Below, piece after piece: positions 47,531-57,138 of a DNA stretch of 64,000 nucleotides. The stretch's first letter is position 1. Every line of letters starts with the position of its first letter. Location of the stretch: NCBI GenBank assembly GCA_944375795.1, contig CALWAU010000026.1, forward strand, positions 16,443 through 80,442, given 5' to 3'. Origin of the DNA: an uncultured Clostridia bacterium. GTDB lineage: Bacteria; Bacillota; Clostridia; Christensenellales; Borkfalkiaceae. The notes under the pieces are model-generated. The model was not told the DNA's origin. It did no database searches and saw nothing but the letters and a program-made list of their open reading frames with translations. The translations under genes and the position numbers were made by a program.

Positions 47531-48250
47531 ATGAACGGAATCGACGAGGAAAAGAAAACGGAAGAGGAGCTTGCGGACGCGCCCGCGGCGGATACGGCCG
47601 ATGCGGCGGTCGGGGCGGAGGACAAGGCGGAGCCCGAAACGGAGACATCCGGACGGGAGGCCGCGACGGAGGGCGGCGAAGCGTGCGCGGAGGACGCGTG
47701 CGCAGAGAAATGCGCGGAGAAAGCGTGTGACGCCTCCGGGGAGGAGAAACCCTGCCGCGAGGGCAGGGAGCACGAGCGGGGGCATTGCCGTCGGGAGCTG
47801 GAGAAGGCGCGCGAGGAAATCAAGGCCCTGAAAGCGGAGGCGGAGGACCTCAAACGCAAGTGGTACGCGGTCACCGCGGAGTACGAAAATTATCGCCGCC
47901 GCACGCAGAACCAGTCGGCGCAGCGGTATACGGAGGGCAGAAACGACGTCGTCGCGGAGCTTTTCCCCGTCGGCGACAATCTGGAGCGGGCGCTTTCCGC
48001 CTGCGCGGACGAAAAGACGGCGCAGGGCGTGGAAATGGTGCTCAAAAGCTATAAAAAGGTGCTGGAAGGCGAGGGAATCGAGGAAATCGACCCCACCGGC
48101 CGGCCCTTCGATGCGGCGGAGGCCGAGGCGATCATGGCGGTGCCCGCAGAAAAGGGAGAGGAGCCCGGCATCGTCAGACAGGTGTATGCCAAGGGCTATA
48201 AGCGGGGCGAGAAGGTGCTCCGCTATGCGCAGGTCATCGTGACGCAGTGA
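47531..48250 (+). CDS. grpE: nucleotide exchange factor GrpE
   Basis: It has an acidic N-terminus, the coiled-coil motif AEYENYRRRT, and the C-terminal motif DPTGRPFD...AEA...YKRGEKVLRYAQV. Confidence 0.92.
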   Translation: MNGIDEEKKTEEELADAPAADTADAAVGAEDKAEPETETSGREAATEGGEACAEDACAEKCAEKACDASGEEKPCREGREHERGHCRRELEKAREEIKALKAEAEDLKRKWYAVTAEYENYRRRTQNQSAQRYTEGRNDVVAELFPVGDNLERALSACADEKTAQGVEMVLKSYKKVLEGEGIEEIDPTGRPFDAAEAEAIMAVPAEKGEEPGIVRQVYAKGYKRGEKVLRYAQVIVTQ

Positions 48251-48281
48251 GTCGGCTTTTGGGAAAAATATGTTTTTTCCG

Positions 48282-48310
48282 TTGACAAAACGGGAAAAGT
48301 GATTTATAAT
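48282..48310 (+). promoter_or_regulatory. consensus sigma-A promoter TTGACA-17-TATAAT
   Basis: TTGACA at 48282-48287 and TATAAT at 48305-48310. Confidence 0.75.
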
Positions 48311-48364
48311 AGAAAAAAACAGAGCCGGAGAAAGGGGAACTTTCTTCGGCACGGAGGGAAAATA

Positions 48365-48817
48365 ATGTATTGCAGAAACTGCGGAAAACAAATCGACGAC
48401 GCAGCGGCGTTCTGCCCGTACTGCGGGGCAAAAACGGACGTCGCGGAGGCGCCCGCTTCGGACGGATTTTTCGATTCGCCTTCGCAGTCCGCGCCGGGAG
48501 AGGGGTACACCTATTCTCCGCCTCCCGCGGGCTACTATCAGCAGCCCTCTTCGGGGTACGAGGAACAGAGCAACGGCATGGCGCTCGCCGGCTTTATCTG
48601 CGCGTTTTTCATTCCGGTTCTGGGCTGGGTATTCGGTGGCCTCGGCCTGTCCCGCTCGAAGAAGTGCGGCGGCAAGGGCAAAGAGCTTTCCATTGCTGCA
48701 ATCGTGGTTGCAACCGTCATGTGGTTGGTATCGACAATTGTGTACATCAATGTGTATGAAAGGCTGCTCGACGAATTGATGAGCTATATGATGATCGGCG
48801 CGGGAGGATTGCTATAA
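48365..48817 (+). CDS. zinc-ribbon membrane protein (DUF4190-like C-terminus)
   Basis: ATG 48365 follows GGAGGG. It has the zinc ribbon MYCRNCG...CPYCG and then two TM helices (LAGFICAFFIPVLGWVFGGLG, IAAIVVATVMWLV). Confidence 0.75.
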   Translation: MYCRNCGKQIDDAAAFCPYCGAKTDVAEAPASDGFFDSPSQSAPGEGYTYSPPPAGYYQQPSSGYEEQSNGMALAGFICAFFIPVLGWVFGGLGLSRSKKCGGKGKELSIAAIVVATVMWLVSTIVYINVYERLLDELMSYMMIGAGGLL

Positions 48818-48856
48818 ACTATAAAATATATAAAACATTTTATAACGGCATATCTG

Positions 48857-48886
48857 CCGCCCGTCCGGGCTTTCCCGGACGGGCGG
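48857..48886. terminator. bidirectional terminator hairpin
   Basis: 13-bp stem CCGCCCGTCCGGG / CCCGGACGGGCGG with loop CTTT. T-runs follow on the + strand. It lies between convergent genes. Confidence 0.75.
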
Positions 48887-48898
48887 AGTTTTTCGTTT

Positions 48899-49159
48899 TT
48901 ACGGCTCGGATTCGGAAAAAATTTCTTCCAGCGCCTTCGCGTTTGCTATGGCCAGGTCCAGCTGCCCGATGGTGACGGATACATCCCGATAGGGGCGGCG
49001 GGAGAAATTTTCGCAGGTCTCCGCCTCGCCGACGATTTTTCTCTTGTGCCGGCAAATCCCTTTTTTCTCGCGGAAAAAGCCGAACAGACCTCTATCGTAG
49101 AAGGCCCGATACAGGCGGCAGTGTTTGCAGTGCTTCTTATTTGTCGCGGCAGAGTTCAC
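48899..49159 (-). CDS. Cys-rich small protein, paralog B (86 aa)
   Basis: ORF 48899..49327 has no internal ATG. A GTG at 49159 lies 9 nt after GAGGAGG. The product contains CxxC..CxH..C and is paralogous to the upstream gene. Confidence 0.55.
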   Translation of the reverse strand: MNSAATNKKHCKHCRLYRAFYDRGLFGFFREKKGICRHKRKIVGEAETCENFSRRPYRDVSVTIGQLDLAIANAKALEEIFSESEP

Positions 49160-49433
49160 GGTAAATTTCCTCCTCTTCCCGATCTTCCTCGAAAATCTGA
49201 CGAATGGCGGCCAAATCCTCCATGATTTTGAGAAGCGCCCGGCTCGTATAGGACTTCCTCCCGTAACAGGGGCGCATCTTTCTCCATTTTTCGCAGGTGT
49301 CGCCGTTTTTGACGACTTTTTGCTCATGGGTGCAGTAGCCGCAGGATTCGCGTTTGAAACACGTCGGGGCCTTTGTGTAATAACCCCTGTAATTGCCGCA
49401 GTACACGCATTTTCCTTTTTTCTGTTCTTCCAT
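49137..49433 (-). CDS. Cys-rich small protein, paralog A (98 aa)
   Basis: ATG 49433 lies 5 nt after GGAGG, within ORF 49137..49448. The product starts MEEQKKGKCVYCGNYRGYY and has an acidic helical tail. Confidence 0.65.
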   Translation of the reverse strand: MEEQKKGKCVYCGNYRGYYTKAPTCFKRESCGYCTHEQKVVKNGDTCEKWRKMRPCYGRKSYTSRALLKIMEDLAAIRQIFEEDREEEEIYRELCRDK

Positions 49434-49554
49434 CTTGACCTCCATCAATGAAAATTTATATAAATATTATATAATAATTATCATCGCAGAGCAAGGGGTA
49501 GCTCTAACTGAGCTAAACAATTTTTTTTTCGGGGAAAAGTGATATGATGAATTT

Positions 49555-49758
49555 ATGATTTTGTTCAGTGAACGCCTTAGAGAATTGAGAATAGAAAAGC
49601 AAATTTCGCAAAGCGAGCTTGCAAAAATATTGGGGGTCAGTCAAAGGAGCATCAGCAGTTGGGAGACCGGATATCGGGAACCCGATTATGAGATGTTGGA
49701 ACAGCTTGCCGATTTTTTCGACGTGACCATGGGGTATTTGTTGGGAACGGAGGATTGA
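49555..49758 (+). CDS. XRE-family helix-turn-helix transcriptional regulator (67 aa)
   Basis: It contains LRELRIEKQISQSELAKILGVSQRSISSWETG. There is no Shine-Dalgarno sequence. The ATG lies 6 nt after TGATATGAT, an extended -10, so the mRNA may be leaderless. Confidence 0.8.
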   Translation: MILFSERLRELRIEKQISQSELAKILGVSQRSISSWETGYREPDYEMLEQLADFFDVTMGYLLGTED

Positions 49759-49765
49759 GAGCGCG

Positions 49766-49803
49766 AAACGGCGCGGCCTGCAAAAGTGCAGGCCGCGCCG
49801 TTT
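49766..49803. terminator. bidirectional terminator, 17-bp perfect stem
   Basis: AAACGGCGCGGCCTGCA - AAAG - TGCAGGCCGCGCCGTTT. It lies between the two convergent HTH genes. Confidence 0.8.
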
Positions 49804-49852
49804 CCGTACCGACAGGGCAAAGCGTAAACCGTTCCGGAATGATGGTTTCGGG

Positions 49853-50056
49853 CTATTTTGCCACGCCGAACAGCTCGTCCGGCGTGATGCCGAACTCGGT
49901 GTAAAAGGCGAGGATATTGTCGTAAGAGGGCTTCTTTTTGCCGCGCAGCCACTGGCCGACCGTGGTCTGATTGACATGGAGAATGCGGGCCAGCTTTTCC
50001 TGGCTTAATCCCTTTTCAATCATCAGTTGTCTGATCACTTCGCTGTACGGCATCAT
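49853..50056 (-). CDS. XRE-family helix-turn-helix transcriptional regulator
   Basis: It contains IRQLMIEKGLSQEKLARILHVNQTTVGQWLRG. I start it at ATG 50056. The ORF extends to a TTG at 50083. Confidence 0.8.
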   Translation of the reverse strand: MMPYSEVIRQLMIEKGLSQEKLARILHVNQTTVGQWLRGKKKPSYDNILAFYTEFGITPDELFGVAK

Positions 50057-50151
50057 TGCGCATTGCAGTCCTTTCGGGCGCAATTTTTTTCGGGAACGCC
50101 CTTCGCTTTCGTATTATCCCCTTTTATTTTACCAGATTTTGGAAAATTTGG

Positions 50152-50180
50152 CTTGACATAGGTCGAAAGACCTGATATAA
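50152..50180 (+). promoter_or_regulatory. consensus sigma-A promoter TTGACA-17-TATAAT
   Basis: TTGACA at 50152-50157 and TATAAT at 50175-50180. It is divergent from the XRE gene. Confidence 0.75.
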
Positions 50181-50186
50181 TACATA

Positions 50187-50318
50187 GTGAAACAATCGGG
50201 CGGCGCGAAGCGAGGCAGACGGGCGCGGGGGCGTTTGCGCATTGTTTGGAAGTTGTTCATTCATACACTTCATTGGTTTGGGGATCGGCGCGCGGTTTTC
50301 CGTGCGCCCCTCTTTTTT
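50187..50318 (+). ncRNA. candidate ~130-nt small RNA or attenuating leader upstream of dnaK
   Basis: It runs from the consensus promoter to an intrinsic terminator. The terminator has a 9-bp stem GGCGCGCGG/CCGTGCGCC (50287-50308) with loop TTTT, followed by CCTCTTTTTT. Internal helix: GAAACAAU (50189-96) pairs with AUUGUUU (50240-46). Confidence 0.45.
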
Positions 50319-50590
50319 ATTTCTGAATTTTCCGAGCTTTTTGCCCGCGACTGCGAAGGGGGGAATAAGGATGTTTTTTTTCGTATAGGCAGAAACGAAC
50401 AACAAAGCGAAACGGAGCGCCGTTTGCCGATAAAGCCGGGCGGACAAAGGGGAAAAAGGGCGCGGAAAAAAATTTGTTTGAAACGTTTAAGAATCCGGGC
50501 GGCGGGGTACATATAAACTGTAAACGGAACGCGGAGCCCGCAAGGGCCGCGGAATTGACAAGGAAAAACAGACAGCAAGGAGTGAAATAA

Positions 50591-52405
<1,815 letters not shown>

Positions 52406-52469
52406 TCCGCGAGGCCGCGGGCGGCGAGACATATGCCCGGGCGCCGCATAAACGAGAAAACTGACGCAT

Positions 52470-52493
52470 CGGGTTTGGCGAAAGCCAAACCCG
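52470..52493 (+). terminator. hairpin between dnaK and dnaJ
   Basis: 10-bp stem CGGGTTTGGC / GCCAAACCCG with loop GAAA. The T-run is weak. Confidence 0.4.
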
Positions 52494-52546
52494 TATGGCG
52501 TATTTATCGACATCGGAAAAGAGTTTGAAGGGCACGGAGTCAGAAT

Positions 52547-53689
52547 ATGGCAGAAACGAAGAAAAATTATTACGAGATCCTGGGCGTGGACAAAAAGGCG
52601 ACCGAGGACCAGATTAAGGCCGCATACAGAAAGCTCGCCAAGCAGTACCATCCCGATTTGCACCCCGGGGACGCCGCGGCGGCGGAAAAGTTCAAACAGA
52701 TCAACGAGGCCAACGAGGTTTTGTCCGATAAACAGAAACGCGCCGCTTACGATTACGAGCTGGAGCATCCCGGCATGGGCGGCATGGGCGGCGGCTTTGA
52801 AGGCGGCTTCGGAGATTTCTCGGACATTTTCAGTTCGATTTTCGGCGGCGGTTTCGGCGGTTTCGGGGGCGGCAGCGCGCGCGCGGCGCAGTCCAACGTC
52901 GGGGACGATATCCAGCGGGAAATGACGCTGAGTTTCATGGACGCGGCCAAGGGCTGCACCAAGACCTTTTCCTATATGCGCAACGAACCGTGTTCGGCCT
53001 GCCGCGGCACGGGCGCCAGGGGCGGCACCGCATACAGCACCTGTTCGCGCTGTAACGGCAAAGGGGTCGTGCAGACGGTGCAGAGCACCATGTTCGGGAG
53101 GACGATCCGCCAGAGCGTCTGTCCCGATTGCGGCGGTACGGGCCGGGTGATCACCGACAAGTGTCCCGATTGCCGGGGAAAGGGGTCCGTGCGCAAGGAG
53201 ACGACGGTCACGATCAATATTCCCGCCGGCGTGGATACCAACAGCTACATGAAGAAAAAGGGCTACGGCCAGGCGGCGCCGGGCGGCGGCCAGCCGGGCG
53301 ACCTCATCATCGTGTTCAAGGTGGAACCGCATAAGATCTTCGTCCGCAACGGGTTCGATTTGCAGGTGGATTTGCCCGTTTCCTTCAAGACGGCGGCGCT
53401 CGGCGGCACGGTGAAGGTGCCCACCATCGACGACACTTTCGATTTCACCGTCCCCGAAGGGACGCAGAACGGGCAGGTGTTTACCATCCGCGGCAAGGGG
53501 ATTCGCTCGGCGCGCGGCACGACGGGGAATCTGATGCTCCGCGTGCTGGTGGAAATCCCCACCAAGCTCAGCCGCGAACAGAAGCGCAACATCGAGCAGA
53601 TGGACGCGGGCATCGATATCCGGCAGTACGACAAGATGAAGAAATATTCGGACAACGTAGAGAGCTTTTACGGGAAAAAGCCCTATTGA
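52547..53689 (+). CDS. dnaJ: molecular chaperone DnaJ
   Basis: It has a J domain (YYEILGV...HPD), a G/F-rich region and four CxxCxGxG zinc-finger repeats. Confidence 0.97.
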   Translation: MAETKKNYYEILGVDKKATEDQIKAAYRKLAKQYHPDLHPGDAAAAEKFKQINEANEVLSDKQKRAAYDYELEHPGMGGMGGGFEGGFGDFSDIFSSIFGGGFGGFGGGSARAAQSNVGDDIQREMTLSFMDAAKGCTKTFSYMRNEPCSACRGTGARGGTAYSTCSRCNGKGVVQTVQSTMFGRTIRQSVCPDCGGTGRVITDKCPDCRGKGSVRKETTVTINIPAGVDTNSYMKKKGYGQAAPGGGQPGDLIIVFKVEPHKIFVRNGFDLQVDLPVSFKTAALGGTVKVPTIDDTFDFTVPEGTQNGQVFTIRGKGIRSARGTTGNLMLRVLVEIPTKLSREQKRNIEQMDAGIDIRQYDKMKKYSDNVESFYGKKPY

Positions 53690-53710
53690 CGTTTTCAAAG
53701 GAAAAAGGGA

Positions 53711-53750
53711 GCCCGCCGCGGAATTTTCCGCGGCGGGCGCTTTTCGCTGT
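53711..53750 (+). terminator. intrinsic terminator after dnaJ
   Basis: 11-bp stem GCCCGCCGCGG / CCGCGGCGGGC, followed by GCTTTTCGCTGTTTT. Confidence 0.75.
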
Positions 53751-53786
53751 TTTGACATTCGGAGGGGGCAGGGCTGAGATGAGCGC

Positions 53787-54251
53787 TTAATCTCGCGCTT
53801 TGCACACGTCCACCCAGCCGACGGGAGAGGAAAAGGCCTCCAGCTCCTCGATCGTCAGTTCTATGGCGGTCGAGGGGCTGCCGCAGGCGGGAAACACGGT
53901 GGGAAAGCGGCGGAGAGACTGGTCGAGATAGACCTCCACGCCCTCGTTTACGGCAAACGGGCAGACGCCTCCGACGGCGTGCCCCGTCCGTGCAGCCGTC
54001 TCCTCCGCGGGCAGCATGCGCGCCTTGCCGCCGAACGCGGCCTTGTACTTCGCGTTGTCTATTTTTCTGTCTCCCGCCGCGACGACGAGGATAACTCTGT
54101 CTCCGAGGGAGAAAGAGAGCGTCTTGGCGATTCTGCACGGCTCGCAGCCGAGCGCCTCCGCCGCCAGCTCCACGGTGGCGCCGGAACGGTTCAGAATCCG
54201 GCCGTCGGCGCCGAATTTTTTGAGATGGGCCCTCACGCGTTCAACGGACAT
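53787..54251 (-). CDS. ybaK: YbaK/EbsC family aminoacyl-tRNA deacylase
   Basis: 154-aa ORF. It contains ATVELAAEALGCEP..IAKTL, GDRKIDNAKY and GHAVGGVCPF. Confidence 0.85.
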   Translation of the reverse strand: MSVERVRAHLKKFGADGRILNRSGATVELAAEALGCEPCRIAKTLSFSLGDRVILVVAAGDRKIDNAKYKAAFGGKARMLPAEETAARTGHAVGGVCPFAVNEGVEVYLDQSLRRFPTVFPACGSPSTAIELTIEELEAFSSPVGWVDVCKARD

Positions 54252-54370
54252 GACAGTACCTCCCGATGGGTATATTTCCGTACATTATACCACAAAAAAG
54301 CCATTTGCGCAAGCGTTTGAAGGCCCGGAGGCAAAGAGGGAGGAAACCGCGCCGCTCCGTCCCTCCGCCG

Positions 54371-55198
54371 CTATTTCTCGACGGTCAGCGGGACGCCGCA
54401 CAGGGAACAGATCTTTTCCGCTTCGTAGGGGGCGAGCAGCAGTTCGTAGTCCTCCTCTCCACGGCGGACGGTGAGGGCGCAGGGCGGCATGAATATCGTC
54501 CCGTAGGCATTGAAGGCGACGCCATAGGGCTTAAAGGAGGGATCGTCCGGTTGGGCCAGCTTGTTCCAGCCCGTCGCCGAAACGCGTTTTTTGCGCTGCG
54601 TTATGGCGGTAATCTCAGACATGGGTATGCCGTATACGTCGGTAAAGTCGGTAAAACAGAGCGTGTCTCCCTCCGCAAATGCCGATACGTCCAACAGCAC
54701 GTAATCGGCCATGCGCAAGGCTTTGCGCCGGGGCTTCCCGTTTTTGAGGCGATAGGAGAAGGCGAGGACGTCCGTCTGTATGGCGCCTTCGGGTATGCGG
54801 AGCTGTCTTTCGGATTCGTCCGCCGTCCCTTCGGCGCTCGTCAGAAGCCGTTTCGTCTCGGCGGTTTCTGCATTTTTGCCCTTATGCTTTTCGCAGAGGA
54901 ACAGCGCGAGGCAGACGATGCCGCTCATCCCGCCGGCGACGAGCAGGCCGGGCGCGTTGCGCCACGCCGTTGCCGGGCCTGCGCTCAGCGTGGAGAAGAG
55001 TACGATTAAAAAGAAGAGGAAAAAGGTCCATTTGAGGACGGTGAGCCAAAGGGGCAACGTCGATTTCCGCCCGATTTTTTCCAGCGCGGCGGCGTTGTTT
55101 TCCCTATCTTTCCGAAGATCTTCGCCGACGGAACGGACGATGAAGGGCGCCCCGTCCGATTCGCTTTTCCCTTCGCAAAAGCCGAAAATATTTTTCAT
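54371..55198 (-). CDS. hypothetical membrane protein (275 aa)
   Basis: ATG 55198 lies 5 nt after AAGGAG, within ORF 54371..55492. The product has two central TM helices and a soluble C-terminal domain. I recognised no family. Confidence 0.65.
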   Translation of the reverse strand: MKNIFGFCEGKSESDGAPFIVRSVGEDLRKDRENNAAALEKIGRKSTLPLWLTVLKWTFFLFFLIVLFSTLSAGPATAWRNAPGLLVAGGMSGIVCLALFLCEKHKGKNAETAETKRLLTSAEGTADESERQLRIPEGAIQTDVLAFSYRLKNGKPRRKALRMADYVLLDVSAFAEGDTLCFTDFTDVYGIPMSEITAITQRKKRVSATGWNKLAQPDDPSFKPYGVAFNAYGTIFMPPCALTVRRGEEDYELLLAPYEAEKICSLCGVPLTVEK

Positions 55199-55427
55199 GA
55201 TTGTCTCCTTTTTTCTATTGTAACATATTCCGGAGGCGCTGTCAATATCCGAAAAGGAAAGGGGAAGGAAGAATTTTTTGTTTTTCCCGGAGAAATTTTG
55301 TTTCAGAGGTTGAAAAAAGCGCGCGTTGATGGTATAATAAACGGGAACGGAAATTGCGGGCGCGCAGGGGACGGCAAACCGACCGAAGTCGCGTCCGCCC
55401 GGAGCTTTTCGGGAGGTGGAACGGGAT

Positions 55428-56378
55428 ATGAAATTTATCGAACTGACGATACACACCACGACGGAGGCGAGCGAGATCGTCGCGGACGTCATGTGGAATT
55501 ATACCAATTACGGGGTCTCCATTTCGGACGTCGCGGACGTCATTGCTCTGCAAAAAAACAGGGACGGGCTGTATTGGGACTACATGGACGAAAATCTCGC
55601 CTCGCGCCGCGAGGGCGACGTCCTGGTCAAATGCTGCGTCGCGGCGGATGCGGCGGAGACCTGCCGGGATATCGTGCGGGACATCCGCGAGGCGCAGGAA
55701 CGCAGCGGCGGGGAGATCCCCTTCGGCACGCTGGAGGACGTGAAGCGGGAAGTGGACGGGGACGAATGGCTGGACGTCTGGAAAAAGCACTTCCGCCCCA
55801 TTCATCTGGGGCGCATCGTCGTCGTGCCCGAGTGGATAGACTATGCGCCCGCCCCGGACGAAAAAATCGTTCTTCTCGATTCCAATATGGCCTTCGGCAC
55901 GGGCGAACACGAGACGACCTCCATGTGCGTCGAACTGATGCAGGATTATGTCGCCCCCGATTCCGTCTGCATCGACGTGGGCTGCGGCAGCGGCATTTTG
56001 GGTATTTCCGCCGTCAAGCTGGGGGCGAAAAAGGCGTATCTCACCGATATCGATACCGTCGCCGTGGCCAGCGCGCGGCACAATTGCGAACTCAACGGCG
56101 TCGCGGACAAAACGGTGGTCGCCCACTCCGATCTCCTCGACGACGCCGAAATCGTCGGGGATATCCTGCTCGCGAACATCACGGGGGAGATCCTCGTCCG
56201 CCTCGCGCCCTCCATTCCCAAAAATCTCGTGGAGAAAGGGGTGCTCATTTTGAGCGGCATCATCGAAAGCCGCCTGGCCATGGTCAGAGAAGCGTATGCC
56301 GCCGTGGGCATGGAGGTCGTCCGCGAATGCCGGAAAGGGGAGTGGTTCGCGCTCGTGCTCCGGCGCAAGGGGGCGTGA
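55428..56378 (+). CDS. prmA: ribosomal protein L11 methyltransferase
   Basis: ATG 55428 follows GGGAGGTGG. It contains FGTGEHETT and the SAM-binding motif DVGCGSGILGI. Confidence 0.92.
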   Translation: MKFIELTIHTTTEASEIVADVMWNYTNYGVSISDVADVIALQKNRDGLYWDYMDENLASRREGDVLVKCCVAADAAETCRDIVRDIREAQERSGGEIPFGTLEDVKREVDGDEWLDVWKKHFRPIHLGRIVVVPEWIDYAPAPDEKIVLLDSNMAFGTGEHETTSMCVELMQDYVAPDSVCIDVGCGSGILGISAVKLGAKKAYLTDIDTVAVASARHNCELNGVADKTVVAHSDLLDDAEIVGDILLANITGEILVRLAPSIPKNLVEKGVLILSGIIESRLAMVREAYAAVGMEVVRECRKGEWFALVLRRKGA

Positions 56379-56379
56379 G

Positions 56380-57138
56380 ATGTCGGGGCCGCGTCGGTTT
56401 TTTGTGCCGAGGGCGGAGGAGGAAACTCTGCTCGAGGGAGAGGAGTTCGAGCACGCGAAAAACGTGCTGCGGCTTTGCGTCGGGGACGAGGCGGTGCTGC
56501 TCGACAACAGCGGGAAGGAATATTCCGCCGTCGTTTCGGAAGTGGGAAAGCGGTCGATGAAATTGCACGTTTTGCGGGTGAACGAAGGGGACAGGGAAGC
56601 GGCGACGGAGGTTGCGCTCCTGTTCGGATACCTGAAAAACGCGGATAAAAACGAGTTTGTCGTGCAGAAGGCGACGGAACTCGGCGTAAAGAAGATCGCC
56701 GCGTTTTCGTCCGCCTATTCTTCCGCGTATATGAACGAAAACAAGCTGGAACGGCTGAATCGGGTGGCGCGGGAATCCGCGAAGCAGTGCCTGCGCTCGG
56801 TGGCGCCCGAAGTGCAGTATTTCCCCACGCTCGAGGGGGCGCTCCGCTCGGCGGCGGAATGCCGCAATAAGCTGTTCGCCTGCGAATTTGCGGAACGCTC
56901 GGAGGCAGACCTTTTGTCCCTTTCGGGGAGCACGGCCGTCGCCGTGGGCAGCGAAGGGGGCTTTTCCCGGGAGGAGGAGGCTTTGGCAAAGTCTCTCGGC
57001 TATTCCTCCGTCACGCTGGGAAAGCGCATTCTGCGCGCGGAGACGGCGGCGGTGGCGCTTACCTCCGTCGTCATGTTTGCCCTCGGAGAATTGGGCTTGG
57101 ACGGGGGCAGGGCAGAGGCGAAGGAGGAAAAAAGGTGA
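56380..57138 (+). CDS. rsmE: 16S rRNA (uracil1498-N3)-methyltransferase
   Basis: The ATG lies 1 nt after the prmA stop codon. It contains RRFFV and HAKNVLRL, plus the C-terminal motif GSEGGFS..E and LG.RILRAETA. Confidence 0.9.
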   Translation: MSGPRRFFVPRAEEETLLEGEEFEHAKNVLRLCVGDEAVLLDNSGKEYSAVVSEVGKRSMKLHVLRVNEGDREAATEVALLFGYLKNADKNEFVVQKATELGVKKIAAFSSAYSSAYMNENKLERLNRVARESAKQCLRSVAPEVQYFPTLEGALRSAAECRNKLFACEFAERSEADLLSLSGSTAVAVGSEGGFSREEEALAKSLGYSSVTLGKRILRAETAAVALTSVVMFALGELGLDGGRAEAKEEKR

